Positions 7,663 through 17,531 of a stretch of 64,000 nucleotides of DNA are shown here, piece after piece (positions within the stretch are counted from its first letter, which is position 1; each line of letters begins with the position of its first letter). This DNA comes from Candidatus Woesearchaeota archaeon (GTDB lineage Archaea > Nanobdellota > Nanobdellia > Woesearchaeales > UBA583). Where the stretch lies: the NCBI GenBank assembly GCA_965205335.1, contig OZ242164.1, forward strand, positions 832,001 to 896,000, in the 5' to 3' direction. The notes under the pieces are model-generated. The model saw only the letters and a list, made by a program, of their open reading frames with translations. It was not told where the DNA came from and searched no databases. The position numbers and the translations under genes were made by a program.

Positions 7663-9939
7663 ATGTTCATTATGAAAAAAGCAATACTTAAACCGGACTT
7701 CTCCCCCAGAACTTACCAACAAAGTATTTTTGCTAAATCACTTGATAAAAACTCCTTAGTCGTTTTACCAACAGGACTTGGAAAAACCATAATTGCTTTA
7801 ATGCTTGCAGTTTACTATTACAACAAAACAAACAAAAAAATACTGTTCTTAGCCCCAACCAAACCCCTTGTAGAACAGCAGGAAAAAACATTTAAACAAT
7901 TCATCAAAAACGAAAACGAATTTAAATTCCAAACTCTTGTTGGGACAATCTCTCCTAAAAAAAGAATTAACTTATATGAAAACTCAGACTTTATCTTTTC
8001 AACTCCCCAACTCATTGAAAACGACTTAATCAATGAAATAATCAAACCCTCTGATTTCTGTTACATAATCTTTGATGAAGCCCACAGAGCAATTGGAAGT
8101 TATTCGTATTGTTTTATTGCAGATGACTTTTCTCGAGAATCAAATACAAGATTTTTAGCACTAAGCGCATCCCCGGGGACATCAAAAGATGAAATAAACA
8201 CAATCATTTCAAACCTGAAAATTGAAGAAGTTGTAGTCAAATCATGTGATGACCCTGACGTCTTATCATACGTTAACAAAACCAAAATTGAATACATTGA
8301 AGTTGATATGCCAAAAGCATTTGAAGAAATCAGAGACCTCCTTATGATTTCATACAACAAAAGACTATCAAAACTAAAAGAGATTGGAGTTCTACACAGG
8401 AAAAATTTAAACATAGTTACAAAAACTGATTTACTTAATTTGCAAAATGAACTAAGAGCCCAAATAGGAACAGGAAAGACCTCAAAAAGTGTATGGGATG
8501 CAATCTCAATCTCAGCAGCATTAATGAAACTTGGGCATGGCATTGAACTATTTGAATCAGAAGAAGTAAGCAGTGCTCACACTTATTTCCATAACATATT
8601 AAGACTAAATGGAGATAACTCAAAAGCCGCAAAAGAACTCTCAATTGATGCATCATTTAGACAAGCCTATGAAAAAATAACAAGACTAAAACAAAACTCA
8701 GTTCTACATCCCAAACTAATCAAACTAAAAGAATTAATTAACTCTGAAATCAGAAAGCATAAAGACCTAAAAATCATCATATTCAGCCAATATCGTGACA
8801 CCGTAACTAAAATAGTTTCTGAATTAGAATCAATTCCCAACATTAAACCAAGCATTTTTCTTGGGCAGGCAATGAAAGGAGGAATTAAAATGTCACAAAA
8901 AGAACAAAGAGAAATCTTGGATAGTTTTAGAGAAAGCAAATTTAACATTTTAGTCTCAACAAGCGTTGGAGAAGAAGGACTTGACATTCCAAAAGTAGAT
9001 TTAGTTATTTTCTATGAACCAGTTCCAAGTGCAATCAGAACCATTCAGAGAATTGGACGAACAGGAAGATTTAACGAAGGAAGAGTATACATTTTGCAAA
9101 CGGCAGGAACTCGTGACATAATTACAAGATACATTGCAGGAGCAAAAGAAAAACGAATGTACAAAGTCTTGGACGAAATAAAAAAGGCTATTAATTCTGA
9201 CACATCCGATTCAGGACTTAATAAATTTATCAGAGAAAAAAAATCTTCATTAGAAAATACAAACATAGAAAATTCTAACGATGCATTTGATTCAAGAATT
9301 CCAATCTACATAGACCAAAGAGAAAACACATCATTAATTAAACAATTGCACAAAATTGATGAAATAAAAACAATATCAAAACAACTTGAAGTAGGCGATA
9401 TAATAATTGACGAAAACATTGGAATTGAAAGAAAAGAAAAATCAGACTTTGTTAATTCCATTATAGATAAGAGATTATTTCCCCAGTTAATTAATTTAGT
9501 AAGAAACTATAGAAGACCCATATTAATTTTAGAAGGTTCATCTAACATCTTTTCACTTAGAAACGTAAACCCCAATGTCATAAGAGCCTCAATTTCTGCA
9601 ATCACAGTTGATTTAAGAATTCCAATAATTTACACTGACAACATAGAAGAGACAGCCAATATGATTCTAACAATAGCAAAAAGAACTAAAAGGCCTAAAA
9701 AGGAAGTCTCCTTGGCAGACAGTAAGAAATTCTTTTCTCAAAATGAAGAACTTGAAAAAGTTGTTTCAACAATCCCAAAATTAAATGTCGTAACTGCAAA
9801 AAGTCTTCTTGGAAAATTTAAATCACTAAAAAATTTAGCCAATGCAAGCGAGAAGGACTTACTTGAATGTGAAGGCATTGGAAAAACAAGAGCAAAATTT
9901 ATTTCTGAGTTTTTTAAAAGAAAGTACACTGAGATATAG
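7663..9939 (+). CDS. hef: Hef (FANCM-like) SF2 helicase-ERCC4 nuclease
   Basis: PTGLGKT, DEAH, SVGEEGLDIP and QRIGRTGR; C-terminal ERKxxxD nuclease motif and HhH (GIGKTRA). Confidence 0.95.
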   Translation: MFIMKKAILKPDFSPRTYQQSIFAKSLDKNSLVVLPTGLGKTIIALMLAVYYYNKTNKKILFLAPTKPLVEQQEKTFKQFIKNENEFKFQTLVGTISPKKRINLYENSDFIFSTPQLIENDLINEIIKPSDFCYIIFDEAHRAIGSYSYCFIADDFSRESNTRFLALSASPGTSKDEINTIISNLKIEEVVVKSCDDPDVLSYVNKTKIEYIEVDMPKAFEEIRDLLMISYNKRLSKLKEIGVLHRKNLNIVTKTDLLNLQNELRAQIGTGKTSKSVWDAISISAALMKLGHGIELFESEEVSSAHTYFHNILRLNGDNSKAAKELSIDASFRQAYEKITRLKQNSVLHPKLIKLKELINSEIRKHKDLKIIIFSQYRDTVTKIVSELESIPNIKPSIFLGQAMKGGIKMSQKEQREILDSFRESKFNILVSTSVGEEGLDIPKVDLVIFYEPVPSAIRTIQRIGRTGRFNEGRVYILQTAGTRDIITRYIAGAKEKRMYKVLDEIKKAINSDTSDSGLNKFIREKKSSLENTNIENSNDAFDSRIPIYIDQRENTSLIKQLHKIDEIKTISKQLEVGDIIIDENIGIERKEKSDFVNSIIDKRLFPQLINLVRNYRRPILILEGSSNIFSLRNVNPNVIRASISAITVDLRIPIIYTDNIEETANMILTIAKRTKRPKKEVSLADSKKFFSQNEELEKVVSTIPKLNVVTAKSLLGKFKSLKNLANASEKDLLECEGIGKTRAKFISEFFKRKYTEI

Positions 9940-9962
9940 TATATTGTATGTATCTCATGCTT

Positions 9963-12839
9963 TCATTCAGAAACAATGACGGTTCCAGTTGCCTGTGGGT
10001 TTATGTGATCATGGAATCGCCATGAACCAGGTGTATTGAAAACAAACGAATATGTTTCTCCCATGCCCTTTGCCTCACATGCGTCAAATATAGTATCTTT
10101 TTCAGAAGTGAAGCATTTTACGATATTAGATCCTGGGTATGCGGTGTGTGTGGGGTGGAGATTAGAGGCCGGCCAAAATGCCTGATCATCATTAACCCAG
10201 GTAACCTTTTGTCCAATTGAAATATGTACTGTGTTGGGAACATACTCACTATTAACATACCGAATTACACCATTATCAGTTTTCTGGACATCATTGGCAA
10301 CACCTGTTTCATTGCTTATAGAAAGCGGTAACGCCCAAGACGGTTTTTGTGTGTTACATCTGTCATTATGTTGTTTAGGTAACTTATTACAGAAATCATC
10401 CATCCCTTCAGGAGGAATGACCTGAGCCGCAATATTTATTAATTGATCATAACATTGGACACGAAAAGAGGAGTGATGATCCAGTTTACAGAATGCAATT
10501 GCCCTTTCTGCATGTGTCTGATCCCAAATTAAATCGGCAAGCACACCGCTTAAACATATATTCCTATTCTTTATATCCTGAATTGTCCCACATAACTCAA
10601 ATGATTGAACGGGATCCTGTAATACTGAACCTGAAATTGTTCTTCCCATGCTGCCGAAACAACTATGTTGAAATTGTTCTGGTATTTTCGCGCACTCATC
10701 TCCTATATGTCGTGGACTTCTCAGAAGTGTTAGCATGCGATCTGTCTGAAGAAAGTAACATGTATTTTTGTATTTATCATCAAGTATGGTGCATGGATAG
10801 TGTGGATCATCATTAAGATACTCAGTAATATGCTGTTCTTCATTTTCTGTGTCACTGCTCGCAAGACCACCGACAATGTTTTCCATAAAAACACCAGAAT
10901 AACATGAATTACGATGCTGTTTCTGTTCAATTAAATCACATGCATTCAATGCCCCATGAATATCATAATCAAACCATGCCATCAATCCGTGTCCAGTACC
11001 GTGAAGACATTGATGTAAACCAAAGGTTTCCTTTTCTTCCCTGCACAACAGTTTGATACTGTTTAGTAAGTTGTCAGTTCCCTTATCGGCAAAAAATGCC
11101 TCAGTAGCGCCGTGCCTGCATCCTGAATGGCACTCAACACCGCAACTTTTAAATGCAGTGCTGCCGAGCAATTCATACCCTCTTCTCCCTAATTCATGTG
11201 CGCGATTATGGCAATCAATGCCATTGGCATATCCGAGACGACTTAAGGATTGTGTGAGTGAACGAAGATTGTATGTTTTAATCATTTCATCCATAACCTC
11301 ATCATTATACAGCAACTTTTCAGAATCCTCTTCAGGTTTTAAAATTTTATTTGGTGTATCAATAGTTATTTTATCTATAACAGCATTATCATACAGCAAC
11401 TGCTCAGAATCCTCTTCAGATTTTAAAGTCTTATTTGGTGTATCAATAGTTTTCTCTTCAATTAGATCACTACCAGAAAATCCATCCAGTATCAGCTCAA
11501 AAGAGGCGCGAATGAGTATCCAAATCTTTCGCATTGAGTCTCTGATAAAAAAAATCAGTCCTGTTTCTTTCTGTTGATTTATATATGTGTGGTTATTCTT
11601 ATCCTGTATCTCCACATCTTCAGTTTCTAAGTGGTTATCCATATCCAGTACCTCTTTACTACTATGACTCAGACAGTCATCTTTAAATTCATCAGGTACA
11701 ATGTTACAAACCTTTTCGTATTCATCATAATCTGTAACTAAATTACCAACATTAGCACCAACCCATTTAAAACATTCTGAGGTCATATTAATTGCCGTGC
11801 AAAATTCTGATGATCTTTCAAGATTTAATGTGTCAAAATTAGCAAGATTAGCAACTGCTGCCCAGTAGCATTCTTGTATATATTCACTCGGAAACCTATC
11901 ACAGATATGAACAGCAGTTTCTATGAAATTTCCTTCAAATGATCCTCTTAGAACTTTCTGCCAACCCGGATTCGTTGTCATAAGTCCTATAGAACGAATA
12001 CAGAATGTAGTATGGTCCCCTGCATTCAGACATGCGTTTGTGGCATTTTCTAATGAATAATTAAAATAATCTATTAAATATCCCGCATGGTTTTCGTAGC
12101 ATTGCTGACGATATTTAGTATCAACAGTGTTACATGGCGCGAGCGGGTCATCTTTTTTAAAACCAAGCAACGCATCCGACTCTCCACTGAATTTTCCATT
12201 AACATTTTCCATAAAAACTCCCTGCCAACATCCTTCTTGAGCGGTTGGAGTTGACAGTGTATCACAAAGATTTAAGGCTTTTGTGAGATTATAACTTACA
12301 TAAAACATATAACCATGCCCAACACCATGATAGCAGTAAAATCTATCTTTAAGGGGGGTTGAGGGCAGACTTTCACATATACTTTCTGCGGCTTTCGCAG
12401 GCTCATTATGTTTTGCCAGTGCTTTTTCAAAAAATCCATGCTGGCAGCCGTAGTTAAAATCAGCAGGACATCGTAAAAAAGATTTTCCTGTTGCACCTAA
12501 GTGGTGAGATGCAGACCTTCCGATTGTATGCGCTAACTGATGTCCGTCTGTTTTTATTTCAAATAAAGAACTTGCCATAATGTCTTGTAAAACCACTATT
12601 GCCTTTTCCGGACCGTTTATTGAGACTATAGCATCAAGAATTTCTTCTGCGCAAAGATATGATTCATTTTTACAAACCTTAATGTAACATGTCTCTCTCT
12701 CTTCTGATTGAGATAGGCATGTTTTAATTACATCACGCATTTGTTGAGAATCAGAAATTGCGTGTTTCTCACCTTTATGTGCGAATCCATCTAAAATCAG
12801 TAACCCAATTATAACTATCAGTATAATTTTAAGTTTCAT
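9963..12839 (-). CDS. Exported Cys/His-rich repeat protein with C-terminal cupredoxin-like domain
   Basis: Signal peptide; two copies of a unit with HxxAHxxGR, GCxHG, CxHGxGHG and GVFMEN; C-terminal G.KVTWVN...PGSWRFHDH...GTVIV. Confidence 0.7.
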   Translation of the reverse strand: MKLKIILIVIIGLLILDGFAHKGEKHAISDSQQMRDVIKTCLSQSEERETCYIKVCKNESYLCAEEILDAIVSINGPEKAIVVLQDIMASSLFEIKTDGHQLAHTIGRSASHHLGATGKSFLRCPADFNYGCQHGFFEKALAKHNEPAKAAESICESLPSTPLKDRFYCYHGVGHGYMFYVSYNLTKALNLCDTLSTPTAQEGCWQGVFMENVNGKFSGESDALLGFKKDDPLAPCNTVDTKYRQQCYENHAGYLIDYFNYSLENATNACLNAGDHTTFCIRSIGLMTTNPGWQKVLRGSFEGNFIETAVHICDRFPSEYIQECYWAAVANLANFDTLNLERSSEFCTAINMTSECFKWVGANVGNLVTDYDEYEKVCNIVPDEFKDDCLSHSSKEVLDMDNHLETEDVEIQDKNNHTYINQQKETGLIFFIRDSMRKIWILIRASFELILDGFSGSDLIEEKTIDTPNKTLKSEEDSEQLLYDNAVIDKITIDTPNKILKPEEDSEKLLYNDEVMDEMIKTYNLRSLTQSLSRLGYANGIDCHNRAHELGRRGYELLGSTAFKSCGVECHSGCRHGATEAFFADKGTDNLLNSIKLLCREEKETFGLHQCLHGTGHGLMAWFDYDIHGALNACDLIEQKQHRNSCYSGVFMENIVGGLASSDTENEEQHITEYLNDDPHYPCTILDDKYKNTCYFLQTDRMLTLLRSPRHIGDECAKIPEQFQHSCFGSMGRTISGSVLQDPVQSFELCGTIQDIKNRNICLSGVLADLIWDQTHAERAIAFCKLDHHSSFRVQCYDQLINIAAQVIPPEGMDDFCNKLPKQHNDRCNTQKPSWALPLSISNETGVANDVQKTDNGVIRYVNSEYVPNTVHISIGQKVTWVNDDQAFWPASNLHPTHTAYPGSNIVKCFTSEKDTIFDACEAKGMGETYSFVFNTPGSWRFHDHINPQATGTVIVSE
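11300..11451. repeat. 84-bp imperfect tandem repeat within the Cys-rich gene
   Basis: TIDTPNKTLKSEEDSEQLLY / TIDTPNKILKPEEDSEKLLY; atacagcaac at 11307 and 11391. Confidence 0.85.
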
Positions 12840-12955
12840 ACTTTCAAATTCTCACATAGGTTTTATAAATTTACTGAAAAATACTTATAAAAAAATATTA
12901 TAACTATATCAAATAAAATAAAAAATTTAGAGCCGAAACAACATAACAATCAATC

Positions 12956-13426
12956 CTAAAAAGGTAACCATGGAATTGTTTGGGCTAAACCTTGCATAAC
13001 TCCACTTACATATAAAGGAGTTAGATAATACGGAGCAAATCCAATCGCAAGAGCAATAACTAATTTATGCCATAATTTCTCCTTAAACCCTCTTCCTGAA
13101 ATACCTTTTACAGCGTGAGATGTAACCATCTTAATCATCATAAACAAAGTTACTAAAATTGAAACAACTAAACTATTACCTGACTCATCAATAAGCAAAA
13201 ACCTAAGCACCCATTCAGGAAACCACTCCTGAGATAAAAGCCATGGGACATTACTGGCAATTAAAACACCAATTATGGAAAAAAGAAGCCCATGCCACAT
13301 ATCACCAAAGAACTGACGCCCAGATGTCATATTTTCATCTTCATATACAAAATATGCCTCAATTATCCCTATTATCACGCCTACAAAGAAAGGCAGAACA
13401 ATATGTATAGTTACTTCCTCAGCCAT
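12956..13426 (-). CDS. Hypothetical multi-pass membrane protein
   Basis: About four hydrophobic segments; starts 2 bp after the scpA stop. Confidence 0.7.
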   Translation of the reverse strand: MAEEVTIHIVLPFFVGVIIGIIEAYFVYEDENMTSGRQFFGDMWHGLLFSIIGVLIASNVPWLLSQEWFPEWVLRFLLIDESGNSLVVSILVTLFMMIKMVTSHAVKGISGRGFKEKLWHKLVIALAIGFAPYYLTPLYVSGVMQGLAQTIPWLPF

Positions 13427-13428
13427 TT

Positions 13429-14235
13429 TTAATCAGAATCCTCAACCTTATGAATCTCTATATCTCCAAGGTGCTCTTTTTGTTTTAAATAAACTTTGTT
13501 TTGATTATGCAGGTGTAAAAGAGGCATGAAAACCTCTAATAACTCAATTTTACTCCTTGCATTTTTTGAAATATGCCCAAATGTAACATGTCCTTTCTTA
13601 GATTTCCACTCACAAACAATTAAATCATGAAGTTCAGAAATTATTGTTTTTAAATCTTTTTTCTTCTTCTCAAAAATAGGTCCATCATATTCCCATTCAT
13701 GATTCTTGTAAAAAAAATTCTCACGACGTCTATTACTTTGCTTAAAAGTATTCTCTAATAACTTAACCAAGTCAAAAATATTAACCTTTCTCTTTCGGGC
13801 GATTGGATTTCTCACCTTAATTGCATACCTTTCTTTTCTCTTAAAATCAGAAATATCCTCTAAATGATTATCTATTTCTTCAAGAGATTCAATCTCCTCC
13901 ATAGAATCATCACTTCTCTGAGCCTGTGCAATCTGTTCCACAATTCCTCTCAAATCCTGCTCCACTAAATTTTCCGCCTTAGTCTTAAGCAAGAATACTG
14001 CAATTGTTAAGAACTTACCAGAAGAGTCAAAATCAACTTTTTTCAGATTTCTCATAACTTCAAGATACTTCTGAGTTAAAACCCCCAAATCAATATCCCA
14101 AGGGTTAAGATTTTCATCGTGAATTAACTGATACAAAAAACTCTTCCAATTAATTTCATTCTTATCATTTGCAACCTTTAAAATTCTCTCTTCTGGTCTT
14201 ATATAATCAGCAGTCTCACCATGTTGAATATCCAT
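13429..14235 (-). CDS. scpA: Segregation/condensation protein A (kleisin)
   Basis: LNPWDIDL, SGKFLTIAVFLLKTK and C-terminal FMPLLHL...LKQ..HLGDI; ATG 14235 lies 23 nt from TTTATAAA. Confidence 0.88.
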   Translation of the reverse strand: MDIQHGETADYIRPEERILKVANDKNEINWKSFLYQLIHDENLNPWDIDLGVLTQKYLEVMRNLKKVDFDSSGKFLTIAVFLLKTKAENLVEQDLRGIVEQIAQAQRSDDSMEEIESLEEIDNHLEDISDFKRKERYAIKVRNPIARKRKVNIFDLVKLLENTFKQSNRRRENFFYKNHEWEYDGPIFEKKKKDLKTIISELHDLIVCEWKSKKGHVTFGHISKNARSKIELLEVFMPLLHLHNQNKVYLKQKEHLGDIEIHKVEDSD

Positions 14236-14337
14236 ATATTTCCCAATCAAAATCCTAATTTATAAATCTCTGTATTCTTTATCAAGTAGCATAAACTGAA
14301 ACAATACTAAGACTAACTATAAAACGAAAACATACAA

Positions 14338-15531
14338 CTATTTCCCTGAAATTATCTCAATAACATCACCAAACTCTAAAACATGTTCCTTCCCAACTGA
14401 CATCTTTGTTTTAATATTATTTGCCCGAATAAAATTCTTACCAAAGTCTGTATGCAACCTGAAAGCAAAATCAAGAGCGGTTGCATTACTCTCCATTAAA
14501 AAACAATCAGGCAGGACATTTCCATTCTTATCCTCAAGTTTAACGCCCCCAGGGAAAATAAGTTTCATTTTAAGCAAATCAAACACAGCAGAATTTAATG
14601 CCTCCTGAACTCCTGTTGTTTTCATAACATCTAATGCCTTTCTTATTTTATCTAAACCTGCAATTTGTATATCACTTAACCCAGAACTATCTACAATTTC
14701 AAAACCTGAATCCCCAGGAACATACATTAAAATATTAGAATCATGACCCTTTCTCAAATTAAACTCATACTCTGCCATAACTGGAATAATATTATACATT
14801 GGAAACTGTTCTCTTAACTTATTTAACTTAGTCTCCCACAAATTATTTTCCAAAAGAACATCGCATTTATTTGCTGCAATAATCATTGGCTTTGAAACCT
14901 CTCTAAGTTTCTTGGCAAGTTCAAACAAATTATCAGAAATACTAACCTTATCAAGACTTAACTCATTTACAGCCCAAAGGATCTGCCTCTCTGAAATCTT
15001 AAGCCCTGATAAAACAGAACCTAAAGCAATCTCAATTTTCATATCCTGCATTTTAACCTTCTTTTCAATATTTTCCCAGTGTTTTGAAATAATATTAAAA
15101 TACCAGTGATTTAACTCATCCTCTAAAAACTCAATATCATTTGCAGGATTATATGAATTAATCTCAACAATTTCCCCTTTATCATTTGTTGCTCCAGACA
15201 AATCAATCACATGAATTAGAGAATCTGCCTGCCTTAAATCATCTAAAAACTTATTTCCAAGTCCTCTACCTTCATGTGCCTTCGGAACAAGCCCTGCAAC
15301 ATCAATTATTTCAACAGGAACAAACCTGTAATCCCCTATCACATACCCCTCTCTTGGATTTGAATGCTTATTAAAATCAAGGGCCGGATCTCTTACCTTA
15401 ACATATCCCATTGCAAAATTAGGTTCAATCGTTGTAAAAGGGAAATTTCCTGAAGGAGCATTTGCAAGAGTTAAACTTCTAAAAAAAGCAGACTTCCCAA
15501 CATTTGGCTTACCAACAATCCCTATAATCAT
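14338..15531 (-). CDS. ychF: YchF/Ygr210-like OBG-family NTPase with TGS domain
   Basis: GKPNVGKS, FPFTTIEPN, DVAGLV, GLGNKFL, NKCD and C-terminal TGS domain. Confidence 0.92.
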   Translation of the reverse strand: MIIGIVGKPNVGKSAFFRSLTLANAPSGNFPFTTIEPNFAMGYVKVRDPALDFNKHSNPREGYVIGDYRFVPVEIIDVAGLVPKAHEGRGLGNKFLDDLRQADSLIHVIDLSGATNDKGEIVEINSYNPANDIEFLEDELNHWYFNIISKHWENIEKKVKMQDMKIEIALGSVLSGLKISERQILWAVNELSLDKVSISDNLFELAKKLREVSKPMIIAANKCDVLLENNLWETKLNKLREQFPMYNIIPVMAEYEFNLRKGHDSNILMYVPGDSGFEIVDSSGLSDIQIAGLDKIRKALDVMKTTGVQEALNSAVFDLLKMKLIFPGGVKLEDKNGNVLPDCFLMESNATALDFAFRLHTDFGKNFIRANNIKTKMSVGKEHVLEFGDVIEIISGK

Positions 15532-15609
15532 AAAATAACATCACGCATATTTGTTTAAAAATATTTACATTTCCCCAAATTATTTAAACAAATAAATTAT
15601 AACATACAT

Positions 15610-15957
15610 ATGGGTGAATTAAAACAGGTAATCTTAGTCAGAACAGATATAAAGATGTCAAAAGGAAAAACAGCAGTTCAGGTAGCTCACGCATCAGTTG
15701 AAGCAGTATTTAACACAAACAAAAAATTAGTCTCAAACTGGCGAAAAGAAGGAATGAAAAAAATAACTCTAAAAGTTGATTCATTAGAAGAACTAAAAAA
15801 ATTTGAGAAACAAGCAACTGATAACAATTTACCCACTGCTTTAATTACAGATGCAGGACATACTGAATTACCTCCCAAAACAATAACTGCTCTTGCAATA
15901 GGTCCTGCTCCAAGCATTAAAATAGATAAAATAACGCAAGATTTACCAAACCTTTAA
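15610..15957 (+). CDS. pth2: Peptidyl-tRNA hydrolase Pth2
   Basis: KQVILVRTD.KMSKGK..VQVAHA, DAGHTE and IGP motifs. Confidence 0.95.
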   Translation: MGELKQVILVRTDIKMSKGKTAVQVAHASVEAVFNTNKKLVSNWRKEGMKKITLKVDSLEELKKFEKQATDNNLPTALITDAGHTELPPKTITALAIGPAPSIKIDKITQDLPNL

Positions 15958-16050
15958 ATTCCATCACTTACTTCATTTAGACTAAGCCTTCCTAATTCCC
16001 TTATACTCTAAAACTATACACAAATGCTACAAAACCTAAGATAATACTTA

Positions 16051-16446
16051 TTACTTCCCTTTTACCTGAGCTAAGATTCCATCATTTCTTCTAAAAAACA
16101 AACCGAACATAATCATAAAAGATATTAAAGATACTATAAAAATAGACACCCTAATCATACTCTGCAAATAATTCTGATTATCATGTCTTGCATCAAGTGC
16201 TTTCTCATATGAATCTCTCAAATTAGGATCATCAACACCATATATATTCTTATCACTTAAACTGGCATTAACATACTTCAACTCATCACTCCAGACATTA
16301 TCCTCAACTGCTATAATATAATAAGATATCTCTTCGTCAAATGCAGATAACATAAGACTAAACAGGAAAAGAAACAAAATCAAAATAAAACCCACTACAA
16401 CTAAGACATTATTCCTTTTTCTTATATTTCCTACTCCCTTCACCAT
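16051..16446 (-). CDS. Hypothetical two-TM membrane protein
   Basis: Two hydrophobic helices; TTTATATA box on the minus strand at 16475-16482. Confidence 0.6.
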   Translation of the reverse strand: MVKGVGNIRKRNNVLVVVGFILILFLFLFSLMLSAFDEEISYYIIAVEDNVWSDELKYVNASLSDKNIYGVDDPNLRDSYEKALDARHDNQNYLQSMIRVSIFIVSLISFMIMFGLFFRRNDGILAQVKGK

Positions 16447-16474
16447 TGTGATTAAACATATTTTGCAAAGCCAC

Positions 16475-16482
16475 TATATAAA
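16475..16482 (-). promoter_or_regulatory. TATA box (TTTATATA) of the 16446 gene
   Basis: 28 nt upstream of the start codon and 6 bp from the IS481 TSD. Confidence 0.6.
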
Positions 16483-16502
16483 TATTTGGATTATCTGTGA
16501 AT

Positions 16503-17444
16503 TGTGTAGTGCAGTGACATATGTCACCACCTCAACTTTCTCTGAAAGTTGTCAAACTCATAAGAAGGAGTTTGACCAAATAAGCCCTCATGAGGCCTAA
16601 AAGCATTGTATCTATATCTAAATAACTCTAAATCATTGTTGCAATACTTAATTTCTCTGTCAATTGTTCCAAACAAACGTTCCACTTTTCCATTTGTTTG
16701 AGGACGGTTAACTCTAGTTCTAATGTGCTTAATCCCTCTTCTTTGACGCCATTTATCAAACTTAGACTTCTTACTTGTGAGTCCATATGGTGCTCCATTG
16801 TCACTGATTATTTGATTAGGATTTCCAAATTTCTTGATTAAATTATCAAGAAACTGTGTTACAATTGGCGTTGTAACAGTTGGAACGTGTAAAATACCTA
16901 AACAATAACGAATGGCATCATCAATGACTGCAATTATTTTACCTTTTTCCCCAAATTCACTGTCATCAATATGCCAAAGTGAATTTGAGTGTTTACGTTC
17001 GAAACGAACGTATTTAACCTGAGACCCTCTATTTCCTTCTTTACGAGTTAAATTATTCTCTCTAAGAACTTTATTAATGGTTCTCTCTGAAATATCCAGA
17101 TTAGGTAGGATTTTATGAAGCTTTTTAGATCCCCAACCAGTTTTATATCGAAGATTTAAAATTGCTTTCTCATCTTCTAAAGTAACTTTGTAATAGATCT
17201 TGTTTGGTCTTGTAGACTTATCTTGATAATCCCATATTTCTTTATCAAAACGTTGTTGCCAACGTTTTAAAGTACGAATACTTACAAAGTATTTGCACTT
17301 CTCAGCAAGTATTTTCTTGCATTTAGAATAAGAGTTTTGTTTAACTCTTAGTTTTATGAAAACTTTCCTAATTTCGTATTTTTTCATAAAATTAACAAGA
17401 ATTGTTAATTTTTAGACTGGTGACATATGTCACTGCACTACACA
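16503..17444 (-). mobile_element. IS481-family insertion sequence, intact (942 bp)
   Basis: 27-bp perfect TIR TGTGTAGTGCAGTGACATATGTCACCA; 14-bp TSD GATTATCTGTGAAT (16489-16502 and 17445-17458); TGT...ACA ends. Confidence 0.93.
16524..17387 (-). CDS. IS481-family DDE transposase (rve integrase core)
   Basis: LWHID, IISDNG, PQTNGKVER and YN..RPH motifs. Confidence 0.93.
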   Translation of the reverse strand: MKKYEIRKVFIKLRVKQNSYSKCKKILAEKCKYFVSIRTLKRWQQRFDKEIWDYQDKSTRPNKIYYKVTLEDEKAILNLRYKTGWGSKKLHKILPNLDISERTINKVLRENNLTRKEGNRGSQVKYVRFERKHSNSLWHIDDSEFGEKGKIIAVIDDAIRYCLGILHVPTVTTPIVTQFLDNLIKKFGNPNQIISDNGAPYGLTSKKSKFDKWRQRRGIKHIRTRVNRPQTNGKVERLFGTIDREIKYCNNDLELFRYRYNAFRPHEGLFGQTPSYEFDNFQRKLRW

Positions 17445-17502
17445 GATTATCTGTGAATAATACAGACAAATAAAACCTTAAAACAACATTTCAAAACCAA
17501 AC

Positions 17503-17510
17503 TTTATAAA
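17503..17510 (+). promoter_or_regulatory. TATA box of thermosome gene (probably leaderless transcript)
   Basis: TTTATAAA 21 nt upstream of ATG 17532. Confidence 0.65.
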
Positions 17511-17531
17511 TAAATTACTCCCTGCTAAGTT

